A DNA stretch of 64,000 nucleotides from a virus: positions 1 to 64,000 of the IMG/VR virus record IMGVR_UViG_3300020185_000025, one strand, 5' to 3'. A program made the translations under genes and the position numbers. The notes beneath the pieces are model-generated. The model was not told the origin of the DNA, searched no databases, and worked only from the letters and a program-made list of their open reading frames with translations. Below, in pieces: positions 55,776-64,000 of the stretch; position 1 is the first letter of the stretch; the number at the start of each line of letters is the position of its first letter.

Positions 55776-56446
55776 ATATTGAAAAGAAGATGACACATAT
55801 ATGGATAGGACCAAATCCTGCTCCATTGAAGTGGATGAATACTTGGCAAGAAAAGATGCCTGACTGGGAATACAGCGTGTTCACAGATGACATGTTACAT
55901 AAGCGTAAATGGTACAATCAACATTTAATTGAAGAGTACTACAGAAGAGGTACATGGGCAGGAGTTGCTGATTTAATTCGTTATGAGTTAATATATGAAA
56001 AAGGTGGCTTTTGGCCTGAAGCAGATTCAGAATGTTATCATAGAGTAGACGAACTATTTGTTGAAGATCCAAATCTTGCATATACTGTATTTGAAAAAGA
56101 AGATGTAATACCAAGATCTATATCTCCAATCATGGCAGCAAACCCAGGCAATAAATTTCTCGATGTTATATTAAGAAAGCTCCATACACTCAGACCAAAT
56201 CAATTAGATCTAAAGCCTCATGAATCAACAGGAAACTTTTTCCTAGCAAGATTGTTAGATGATACACGACATATGTTACATATCTTTCCATCTTATATGT
56301 TTATACCACAATGGTTTCGCCCAGGTTATCCAAGGTATAATGGACCAGGTAAAATATACGCAGAACAACATTGGGGTTCAACTGCTCTCGACCAAGCTCC
56401 TTCAATGTCAGGAACAACAAAACAATATTCACAAGGTATAGAATGA
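55772..56446 (+). CDS. glycosyltransferase family 32-like
   Basis: HIWIG, ADLIRYELIY.KGG.W.EAD, HWGS. Confidence 0.78.
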   Translation: MNIEKKMTHIWIGPNPAPLKWMNTWQEKMPDWEYSVFTDDMLHKRKWYNQHLIEEYYRRGTWAGVADLIRYELIYEKGGFWPEADSECYHRVDELFVEDPNLAYTVFEKEDVIPRSISPIMAANPGNKFLDVILRKLHTLRPNQLDLKPHESTGNFFLARLLDDTRHMLHIFPSYMFIPQWFRPGYPRYNGPGKIYAEQHWGSTALDQAPSMSGTTKQYSQGIE

Positions 56447-57117
56447 GACACGTAGAAATATTAGGTCTAGGACATCCAAGAACAGGCACAGGATATACAA
56501 GTAAAGTATTATCTGATTGGGGTTTAGATGTTGGCCACGAAACATCAGGCAAGATGGGAATTGTATCTTGGTTATTAGTTAAACCTAAAGGTCCATATAT
56601 GTGGCAGAGTGGATTTGATAGAAGACCAACATACAATCATTTAGTTTATAACGTAAGAGATCCAAAAACTGCTCTTGCTTCTATTACTTATACTGAATCA
56701 CCACCATGTGATAGAGATGGTTATAGTTGGGATGGGACTCAATTTTATACTGAATACGAAAGAGTAGTAAAAAACTTTAATTACGATTCTACTTATTTTA
56801 GAAAACAATTCATCGGATTAAATAATAATAACCCAGTAGAAAACGCAATTGATAGTATATGCCAGTTTCATGATATGATAATGAATTGTAGACCAAATAT
56901 TAAATATAGAATTGAGGATGAAGAAGAAAAGTTATTTGAGTATATGAAAATACAGTATCCTCATATTGAATTTACACCACATCCAAAGGCAGAGAATACT
57001 CGAGTTCATAAATCGTTTGAAGATATGTGCAGAGAGTTTCCAACACCTTCGTTAAAACATCAACAAAGAATTAACGAATACGCAGAAATAAACAAGTACG
57101 AAAAGGTAGTATTTTGA
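56443..57117 (+). CDS. sulfotransferase-like P-loop protein
   Basis: GHPRTGT (5'-PSB-like), VGHE, VRDP...LAS (3'-PB-like). Confidence 0.6.
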   Translation: MRHVEILGLGHPRTGTGYTSKVLSDWGLDVGHETSGKMGIVSWLLVKPKGPYMWQSGFDRRPTYNHLVYNVRDPKTALASITYTESPPCDRDGYSWDGTQFYTEYERVVKNFNYDSTYFRKQFIGLNNNNPVENAIDSICQFHDMIMNCRPNIKYRIEDEEEKLFEYMKIQYPHIEFTPHPKAENTRVHKSFEDMCREFPTPSLKHQQRINEYAEINKYEKVVF

Positions 57118-57803
57118 AAGCTTATATATTAACACACGATCATCCAATATCACGCAAGTATGCAAAGATGTGTTCTCAAACTTGTGATGCAATAGATTTG
57201 GATTGGGAATACTTTGAAGGTTGGTCTAATTGTACTGGTCGTATGGCTTGGTGCCAAACTGGTATTAAGATGAAGTTTTACGAACCAATGCTACACGTTG
57301 ATTTTCCAACACCTGAACATAAAGCAAATACTTGTTCCGCAGGTCATGCCGCTATTTGGAAAAAGATTGCTGAAGGAGACGATGAAGTTGGTATTGTATT
57401 AGAACATGATGCATTAATGTATTATAAACCAGATATAAAAGTACCTGATAATTATTTAATTACATTAGGATATAAAGTTACTGACCCAGAAAACTATCGA
57501 GCGTTTGATGCAAGAGATAATGAACCAAGACAATTAATTAATATAAATGGACATGAAGGTGCCCATGCTTATATGATGACAAAAAGAACAGCCCAGAATC
57601 TTATTTACGAAATAGAACAAAGAGGTGTAATGGGATGTGTTGATAATGCATACTTTATTTTAAATCAAAGATGTACACAAATTCCATTAGCAATTATGTC
57701 GCCTACACCAGCAATAGGATATTTAAGAGATTCTACGATTTGGGATAAGTCTGCACATGTTAACTATGAATTTATTGAGACCTTTGCTAAATATTATAAA
57801 TAA
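57114..57803 (+). CDS. glycosyltransferase family 25-like
   Basis: C..GH..IW, IVLEHDA, GAHAY. Confidence 0.7.
   Translation: MKAYILTHDHPISRKYAKMCSQTCDAIDLDWEYFEGWSNCTGRMAWCQTGIKMKFYEPMLHVDFPTPEHKANTCSAGHAAIWKKIAEGDDEVGIVLEHDALMYYKPDIKVPDNYLITLGYKVTDPENYRAFDARDNEPRQLININGHEGAHAYMMTKRTAQNLIYEIEQRGVMGCVDNAYFILNQRCTQIPLAIMSPTPAIGYLRDSTIWDKSAHVNYEFIETFAKYYK
57795..57802 (+). promoter_or_regulatory. late promoter
   Basis: TATAAATA. Confidence 0.65.
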
Positions 57804-57836
57804 AAACATTAGCAAATTAAAAATAGGAATATTTAG

Positions 57837-59618
57837 ATGGATCGCTTAAACGAAAAAGATAAAGAGACTTCCGTAGCGCAAGATTCTGTCGATGATAACG
57901 CAAATCACGACAAAATAAATGACGCGGACAATAAAGATATTAAGAAGCGTAAAGATAAAAAGAAGGACCAGGATACTGGTAAAGGCATTATTAAAAAGAA
58001 TAGCAAGACAAGCTTTGACGCTAATAAATTTATTGATACGGAACCTACAATAGCGGAAGCTGTTCAGAACAAAGCGGTTATTACTTTTGGTAGAATGAAT
58101 CCTCCAACAGTCGGTCATGAAAAATTAGTTAATAAAATAATCTCAACAGCAATCTCTGAAAAAGGTACTCCTTTAGTATACCTATCAAAAACTCAAGATG
58201 CAAAAAAGAATCCTTTAACATACGAACAAAAACTCAAATATGCTCAAACATTCTTTGGAAAAAGATTAGTTGTTAAATCAAATGCTAAAACAATTATTCA
58301 AGTTGCTCAAGAATTACAAAAGGCAGGATTTAAGGATCTTGTTCTCGTTGTTGGTTCAGATAGAATAAGAGAATTTGAAACACTATTGAACAGATACAAC
58401 GGAAAGGATTATACGTTTAATTCTATTAAGGTTGTTTCCGCAGGAGAACGTGATCCTGACTCTGATGATGTTTCAGGAATGTCAGCAAGTAAAATAAGAG
58501 CTGCTGCTGCAGAAGGTAATCTTGATTTATTTAAAAAAGGTATACCAACAAGAAACGACAGATTAATATTAGACTTATTTAATGACGTTCGTAAAGGTTT
58601 AGGTATTTCTGAATCATTAAATTTTGCGGTACTACAATTCCTCGGCGAAAGAGTTAAGGATGGTAAAGTAGATCCTTTATCACCAATGGGGAAGCAAAAA
58701 CTAACTGGCGCTGAAGTTGCTCAATATTATAAGAACAATCCTAAAGCAAAGTCTGCGGCAAATCGAGATAAGAATGTTAAGCTTGGTATTGAACTTGCTT
58801 TAGATTTAGCAGGTAATATGAATTACGCAGTTAAAGAAATTGATAAACTCAAAAGAAACCTTTCCAAACATCCTGAAATTCAAAAAGCTTTAAAAACCGC
58901 AAACGAATCACATAACGTTGATTTATATCGCGCTGCTTCTATTCAAGAAAGACTACAACAAGAAGCTGATAAAGAATCAAAACAACAAAAGCAACAGCCC
59001 GGTTATTATAAAGATCTAGGTAATTCAACAAAAGATAAAAGACAAGCTCACTTTAATAAAAAGACAAAGATGGATGATGACAATCCAAAAGCCTATGAGC
59101 CTGCGCCTGGTGATGCTGAAGCTAAAACAAAACCATCTAAACATTCAAACAAGTTTAAGAAAATGTTTGGTGAAGCCGTTAACCGTAATATGGAACGTGC
59201 AGGTTTAAAAAGACCACATCAATTATTAAGACAAGATAATACTGTTAATTTTGATTATAGATTTAAAATGTATGGCAAAGCAAAAGAACTTGAAGCTGTA
59301 GCAAAACAAAGAGCAGATGTTGAATCTGAAATAACAGAACAAAGAATTGAAGAATTATACGATCTGATAGAACAAGTAGAATTCGTAAGCGAGAAATCAA
59401 ACCCTGAAAAATCATTAAAGGATAAAGCAGAAAAATCTGGAATGCCTTATGGAATATTGAAGAAAGTGTTTGATCGTGGAGTTGCTGCTTGGAGAACAGG
59501 GCATAGACCTGGTACAACTCCAGTACAATGGGGATTAGCAAGAGTAAACAGTTTTGCTACAAAATCACCAGGTACTTGGGGTAAGGCTGATAAAGATTTG
59601 GCTGATAAAGTTAAATAA
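57837..59618 (+). CDS. multidomain protein with HxGH nucleotidyltransferase domain
   Basis: FGRMNPPTVGH, KNPL, VVGSDR, MSASKIR; C-terminal RGVAAW...WGLARVNSF domain. Confidence 0.75.
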   Translation: MDRLNEKDKETSVAQDSVDDNANHDKINDADNKDIKKRKDKKKDQDTGKGIIKKNSKTSFDANKFIDTEPTIAEAVQNKAVITFGRMNPPTVGHEKLVNKIISTAISEKGTPLVYLSKTQDAKKNPLTYEQKLKYAQTFFGKRLVVKSNAKTIIQVAQELQKAGFKDLVLVVGSDRIREFETLLNRYNGKDYTFNSIKVVSAGERDPDSDDVSGMSASKIRAAAAEGNLDLFKKGIPTRNDRLILDLFNDVRKGLGISESLNFAVLQFLGERVKDGKVDPLSPMGKQKLTGAEVAQYYKNNPKAKSAANRDKNVKLGIELALDLAGNMNYAVKEIDKLKRNLSKHPEIQKALKTANESHNVDLYRAASIQERLQQEADKESKQQKQQPGYYKDLGNSTKDKRQAHFNKKTKMDDDNPKAYEPAPGDAEAKTKPSKHSNKFKKMFGEAVNRNMERAGLKRPHQLLRQDNTVNFDYRFKMYGKAKELEAVAKQRADVESEITEQRIEELYDLIEQVEFVSEKSNPEKSLKDKAEKSGMPYGILKKVFDRGVAAWRTGHRPGTTPVQWGLARVNSFATKSPGTWGKADKDLADKVK

Positions 59619-59788
59619 TGGATCGTATAAATAATATAAAGGAAGAAGGCGGTGCTGGAGATTGGGGAACCGATAAAGCAAGAGCCAAACTTCAAACAGA
59701 CACCCCTTACCAAAAAGTTAAGAGGGAAAACAAATTAAAGACTTTCAAACAATTTAATAAGGACCAGGTAACCAATGAAAAAGTTTAG
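59618..59788 (+). CDS. 56-aa hypothetical protein (not in ORF track)
   Basis: MDRINNIKEEGGAGDWGTDK...DTPYQ...; coupled on both sides; contains TATAAATA at 59626-59633. Confidence 0.55.
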   Translation: MDRINNIKEEGGAGDWGTDKARAKLQTDTPYQKVKRENKLKTFKQFNKDQVTNEKV

Positions 59789-60788
59789 ACAGGTATTAGA
59801 AAGCGTTGATCCAATCAGCGAGAATATTAATAAATCAAGCAAAGAGCTTGGGAAAGAAATCAATGATGCTGCAAGAAAAGAAACTGGCGGTGATAAAAGG
59901 GATTTCATGAATGTGTCTAAACTCATTTCACAAGGCAAGCATAAAGATGCTGCTAAGTATATGTCTAAATTAGATACAGCAGTTCTTGAAGATCTTGTTA
60001 CTTTTATCATGGGTCATGAAGATGTATTTAAAGTAATGTATCCTAAAGCTCGTCCTGGTCAGCCGGTTGCTTTATTTGCTCGAGAAGAAACTGAAATTGT
60101 TGAGGCAATGTCAGAAAAAGATAAAGCAAAACGTTTAGCATTAATTAAGAAAGCAGTTGAGAGAATCAATAAAGGTAATGCAGAGAAGGCAAAGAAAGAT
60201 GCACTTGCTATGATGAAGGCCTCAGGTATGTTTGATGAAGATCTTGACGAATCAACAATTAATGAAGTATCAACGCCAAACAGTTTAGAACAAGCAATTG
60301 AGATTGAAGTTGATTTAGGTGTAACATTTGATAAAGGTACTTTAACCAGATCTGACGCTGAAGAGTTAAAAAGAGACTGGGCTGTTTACAGACAAGAAAT
60401 AGCAAAGGTTGTTAAGCCATTAGGTGGTTTAGTAACAGATACAATTGCTCCTAATCCAAGAATGACCAACACAAAAGGACAAAGACTTGGTACTGTTTCT
60501 ATAGGTACTCGTGGTGATGCAAGTAAACTTGACGCGAAAAAAATCAAAGCAGTATTAAGTAGAAGTGTTGATGTTGCAGATATGAAGATTACCAATCTAA
60601 ACGAAGAATCAGATCTTCAAGAAAAGATTACTTTCTACGGTTCTGTAATTGGTGGATTGAGAGATAAACAGTATACCTATCAAGCGGTAGCAGTTGACTA
60701 CAAAGGTAAGTTAGGATATAAGATAACAAATCAACATGGAGATTTTGAAACACTCACTCTCCAGCAATTCGCAAAGAGGTTCGGATAA
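59775..60788 (+). CDS. putative internal head protein
   Basis: MKKFRQVLES N-terminus, many (I/L)xE sites. Confidence 0.55.
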   Translation: MKKFRQVLESVDPISENINKSSKELGKEINDAARKETGGDKRDFMNVSKLISQGKHKDAAKYMSKLDTAVLEDLVTFIMGHEDVFKVMYPKARPGQPVALFAREETEIVEAMSEKDKAKRLALIKKAVERINKGNAEKAKKDALAMMKASGMFDEDLDESTINEVSTPNSLEQAIEIEVDLGVTFDKGTLTRSDAEELKRDWAVYRQEIAKVVKPLGGLVTDTIAPNPRMTNTKGQRLGTVSIGTRGDASKLDAKKIKAVLSRSVDVADMKITNLNEESDLQEKITFYGSVIGGLRDKQYTYQAVAVDYKGKLGYKITNQHGDFETLTLQQFAKRFG

Positions 60789-61393
60789 TGACATATATTT
60801 TTGAAGAATTGCATAAAATAAGATTGAAAGAAAACTATGCTCAGGACTTAGACCTTGCACAGAAGAATATGGCCAGGTTATCTCAGAAAGAAACAGGTCA
60901 AGATAAGAAAGATTATCAATCAGTAGCTCGAGCTCTTAATCAAGGCAATCTCGGTGCAGTTAAGAAAGTAATCAAAGGTATTAGTACCGATGAGATTAGA
61001 GCAGATATTCTAAATGTACTTGTAGGTTATAATGACCTTATTGCTAAAATGTATCCTAAAGCAGTAGATTCTAAGGGTAGACTTAAAACTCCTATGAACG
61101 TAAGTAAGATGATTAAAGAAGATGAAGAAATCATTGAAGAAGAAACAGATTTTGATGAACTTGCAGAGTTGGTTGAAAACATTCAAAAGGTAATTAAGTT
61201 ATTCCCAGGTGATAACGATTGGAAGAAACTAATAACTAAACACCGTAGAGATATTGATGCTTTAAGAAGAGGCAAAGATTTACCTCAAAAGGTACAAGAC
61301 GAGTTAATGAGTTGGGCAATGGATAACGGTGAAATTAAGACTGATGATGTCGATGAGCTCGACGATTTCATAATGACAATTATTGACGCGTAG
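60788..61393 (+). CDS. putative internal head protein, partial paralogue of upstream gene
   Basis: KETG.DK.D...MYPKA shared domain. Confidence 0.55.
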   Translation: MTYIFEELHKIRLKENYAQDLDLAQKNMARLSQKETGQDKKDYQSVARALNQGNLGAVKKVIKGISTDEIRADILNVLVGYNDLIAKMYPKAVDSKGRLKTPMNVSKMIKEDEEIIEEETDFDELAELVENIQKVIKLFPGDNDWKKLITKHRRDIDALRRGKDLPQKVQDELMSWAMDNGEIKTDDVDELDDFIMTIIDA

Positions 61394-61403
61394 GTAAGGT
61401 ATA

Positions 61404-61940
61404 ATGAAATCCTTCAAACAATTTTTAGAAGCAGACGGTTGTTGGACTGGCTACAAAAAAGTAGGCATGAAAAAGAAAGGCGACAAGATGGTTCCTAATT
61501 GCGTACCTGAAGAAAACGAGATTGAAGAACTTACAACCTCGCAGGCTATTAAAAAGATTGCCGCAGATACTATATTCAAAAAGAAATATGGTCGAGGTGT
61601 TGAACTCGTAAAACAAATTATGTATAAACACGGTCCAAAGCCAAGACACGGAAAAGAATATTATGCAGGTAAGATTGCGAATCAGTTAGGATTAGATTCA
61701 CATGTACTTGCACTTATGGTTGATGAACAATTATCAGAAGGTTCCGAATCGTGGGAAGACGGGTTTGAGCGCAGAGTTGTTAAAACAACAAAACCAGAAC
61801 ACAAGAAAGATGGCTATGAATGGCGCATTAAAGGCAAAGACAAAGCTAATCTATCAATTAAATTATATAAAACAAAACCAGACTTTGCAGAATTTAAAAA
61901 ACAAATGAAGCGAGTCGCGGGACACGAATTCGGAGGATAA
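61404..61940 (+). CDS. putative internal head protein
   Basis: MKSFKQFLEA; CWTGYKKVGMKKKG.KMVPNCVP motif. Confidence 0.6.
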   Translation: MKSFKQFLEADGCWTGYKKVGMKKKGDKMVPNCVPEENEIEELTTSQAIKKIAADTIFKKKYGRGVELVKQIMYKHGPKPRHGKEYYAGKIANQLGLDSHVLALMVDEQLSEGSESWEDGFERRVVKTTKPEHKKDGYEWRIKGKDKANLSIKLYKTKPDFAEFKKQMKRVAGHEFGG

Positions 61941-61941
61941 A

Positions 61942-62364
61942 GTGGATACAATAACCAAAAAAGCTATCGATGCAAGAACTCGAGAGTTTAAAGAAAAATT
62001 AGCGAAACTAACATATGAAAAAATTAAGCAAGTCTTGGTACCTTCTCCTACTCCTCTTAAAGGCTATCCTGCCAACGAAGAAGTGACAATTAGTGTGGAC
62101 GAATCTGTATTGTCTGAAGCGTTGAGACTTAAAAGTCCAAGCAAAACAACTACAGTTGATATTGACTATATTGGAAGTTCATCTGATATTAACCAATCGC
62201 AAAGAGAATACAATATTAAAATCAAAAAGACAGGTCGTCAAATGGCTGACATTACTGGTAAGAAAGGCGACATTGTTAAGTTCTTACAAGGCGATGCATA
62301 TGCAATGGACGACGAAGATATCAAAGATATCTTTCCAGAACTACTCGAATTACACTCGAAGTAG
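61942..62364 (+). CDS. hypothetical protein
   Basis: GTG start after GGAGG SD. Confidence 0.6.
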   Translation: MDTITKKAIDARTREFKEKLAKLTYEKIKQVLVPSPTPLKGYPANEEVTISVDESVLSEALRLKSPSKTTTVDIDYIGSSSDINQSQREYNIKIKKTGRQMADITGKKGDIVKFLQGDAYAMDDEDIKDIFPELLELHSK

Positions 62365-62393
62365 TTGACATTCAGCCACAAAGTTGATATAAT
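62365..62393 (+). promoter_or_regulatory. sigma70 promoter, probably leaderless
   Basis: TTGACA-N17-TATAAT with ATG 5 nt after the -10 box. Confidence 0.8.
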
Positions 62394-62398
62394 AAATT

Positions 62399-63850
62399 AT
62401 GAAATCCATATCTGAATACAGAAATCACCAGTTACTAGAGGAAGAGACGGAAGTTCTTTCTTATGATGAACTGCACATTGTTGTATTAGGTACAGGAGAT
62501 GGTGACGGCACCTTTGCTGATATTGTTGAAGAAGTGTCAACTAAAAGAAATATCAAGTACGATTTTGTTGATGTATCTAAGGCATGGATTGCTGGTTCTG
62601 ATATTGAGATTGGAAGTGTAAAGCTTCGTAATGTTGATGGTAAGGATAAAGATATTGAAATTGAGACTTATAACTCAATTGTATTTGTAAGAGCAGGAGC
62701 AATTGGTACGCTTACTTCACAGGCGTTTGTTTCTTCCTTACAGGATATTGGTTTCTTACTTGTAAACGATTTAGAGTCAATGTTAGTTTGCGATAACAAA
62801 ATGTCCAACGCATTATTGTTAGGTCGTAATAATATACCGATTCCAAGAACCTCATCTATTCCAAACGAACATTCTATTGAAGACGCTCATAAACGAGTTG
62901 GTGGAAAGTTCCCAGTTATTGCTAAAACATTGAAAGGTACACAAGGTGTTGGTGTAATGAAGGTTGACAGTATGTCATCTCTAACAGGTGTATGTCAATC
63001 ATTATGGAAATATGAAGCTGATTTGCTAATTCAAGAATTCTTTGAAATGCAATCAGACATTCGTACTTTAGTTGTAGGTGGTAAAATACTTGCTGCAGCT
63101 GAAAGAATACAGGCACCAGATAATAAAGACTTTAGAAACAATGTACACCAAGGCGCAACAACCGAACCTTATAAATTAAATAAGAAAGAGATAGCAGTAA
63201 TTAAAGCTGCAGCGCGAGCAACAGGAGCTGTATATTGTGGAGTAGATCATTTTGTTGATAAGAAAGGCAATCCTTATATTATCGAAGTAAATGGTTCTCC
63301 AGGTATTCGTTCTCATTTTGAAGGATATGATCCTTGGACTGAAGAACCTAAAGGTAAAGTTTCTGATAAAAATGTAGTAGAGAGTATTATATCATTCTTT
63401 ACTAAGGATGTCAATAGAAGACCAATCTTTAGACAAGAAGCTGGATATATTGAAACAATTATATTTAAAGGTATGGAAAAGAATCCTGTCCGTGCAAAGT
63501 TTGATTCAGGTAATAGTGCAAAAGCAAGTATGTTACATGTTGATAAAATGGAAGTAAAAGGCAAGAAGGTATTTTGGGAAAAGAACGGATATAAGTTTGA
63601 AGATGAGTTATTGTATGTCTCAAAACCAATGCGTGGCCAAAAGCCATTTGATGAAAGACCTGTAATCGAACATGAAATAACTTTTAATAATAAAAAACAT
63701 ATTGCTGAGATTGCTTTATCATTAAAAGATACAGCATCAGAGATGTTAGTGAATCGTAAACTAATGACAAAGTTTAAGATTGCTGTAAATCCTAATAGAC
63801 GGTTTATATTATCAAATAAAACGGCAAAGAACGACGAATCGGATCACTAA
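62399..63850 (+). CDS. RimK-family ATP-grasp ligase fused to retropepsin-like (RimB-like) protease
   Basis: CDNK, GTQGVGV, IQEF, DIR.LVVGG, FRNN.HQG, GVD, EVNGSPG; C-term AKFDSG...ERP...MLVNR. Confidence 0.82.
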   Translation: MKSISEYRNHQLLEEETEVLSYDELHIVVLGTGDGDGTFADIVEEVSTKRNIKYDFVDVSKAWIAGSDIEIGSVKLRNVDGKDKDIEIETYNSIVFVRAGAIGTLTSQAFVSSLQDIGFLLVNDLESMLVCDNKMSNALLLGRNNIPIPRTSSIPNEHSIEDAHKRVGGKFPVIAKTLKGTQGVGVMKVDSMSSLTGVCQSLWKYEADLLIQEFFEMQSDIRTLVVGGKILAAAERIQAPDNKDFRNNVHQGATTEPYKLNKKEIAVIKAAARATGAVYCGVDHFVDKKGNPYIIEVNGSPGIRSHFEGYDPWTEEPKGKVSDKNVVESIISFFTKDVNRRPIFRQEAGYIETIIFKGMEKNPVRAKFDSGNSAKASMLHVDKMEVKGKKVFWEKNGYKFEDELLYVSKPMRGQKPFDERPVIEHEITFNNKKHIAEIALSLKDTASEMLVNRKLMTKFKIAVNPNRRFILSNKTAKNDESDH

Positions 63851-64000
63851 TGAAAAAATTTACAGATTGGAAATACGAAGGTTTTGGATTATATGAAGGA
63901 GTCACAGTTCCTTTAGAAACACCAATGATTGAATTGGATGTATCAGAAGAACCAGAACTAAATTCACCAAAACGCTCAGGCGGAGATAAAAAGTATGTTG
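63850..64000 (+). CDS. 5' end of hypothetical protein (partial)
   Basis: MKKFTDWKYEG... runs off the window. Confidence 0.55.
   Translation, partial: MKKFTDWKYEGFGLYEGVTVPLETPMIELDVSEEPELNSPKRSGGDKKYV

Noticed and set aside
572-63647. Many short opposite-strand or alternate-frame ORFs in the track (e.g. 5355-5759, 36772-37176, 49087-49446, 52482-52907)
   Set aside because: They shadow well-supported genes and lack SD, promoters or motifs
1-64000. CRISPR array, tandem repeat array, integrase or IS element
   Set aside because: No regularly spaced direct repeats or transposase/integrase motifs seen; the recurring short motifs are promoters
1-64000. Stop-codon reassignment
   Set aside because: Core genes are full length in the standard code, TAA/TAG/TGA all act as stops, and none of the three tRNAs is a suppressor

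Overview
The window is a fragment of an AT-rich, T4-like (large myovirus) phage genome, probably infecting an aquatic proteobacterium; the host is inferred and cannot be fixed from sequence. Layout: (1) baseplate-hub/tape-measure genes (1-2.9 kb); (2) a minus-strand replication arm (regA, gp62/44/45, gp43, gp46/47, gp55, uvsW, uvsY, gp3, gp52, gp39+60) interrupted by a ~10 kb DNA-modification island (gp42-like dCMP hydroxymethylase, dCMP deaminase, MazG-like NTPase, HAD-kinase fusion, cytidylyltransferase, three glycosyltransferase-like genes, an atypical C5-methyltransferase homologue, nucleases); (3) a plus-strand early region with small ORFs and three tRNAs; (4) auxiliary genes (Hsp20, peroxiredoxin, cytochrome c, peptide deformylase, phosphomannomutase, porin, IscA, lipase, heme oxygenase plus bilin reductase); (5) gp33/59/32/uvsX/41; (6) a late block whose proteins carry T4 internal-protein-like N-termini. 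I counted 21 perfect TTGACA-N17-TATAAT promoters and several TATAAATA late promoters. Top leads: a cytosine hypermodification system in which two enzymes end in the same sliding-clamp-binding tail as the DNA polymerase; a textbook -1 frameshift signal fusing gp26 to gp51 just upstream of the tape measure; a probable capsid-packaged enzyme payload (nuclease, Pnk-like kinase, ligase-fold protein, RimK-protease fusion); a ROSE-like RNA thermometer on hsp20; and an orphan promoter firing antisense into uvsW. All family calls come from motif recognition by eye; no database search was run.
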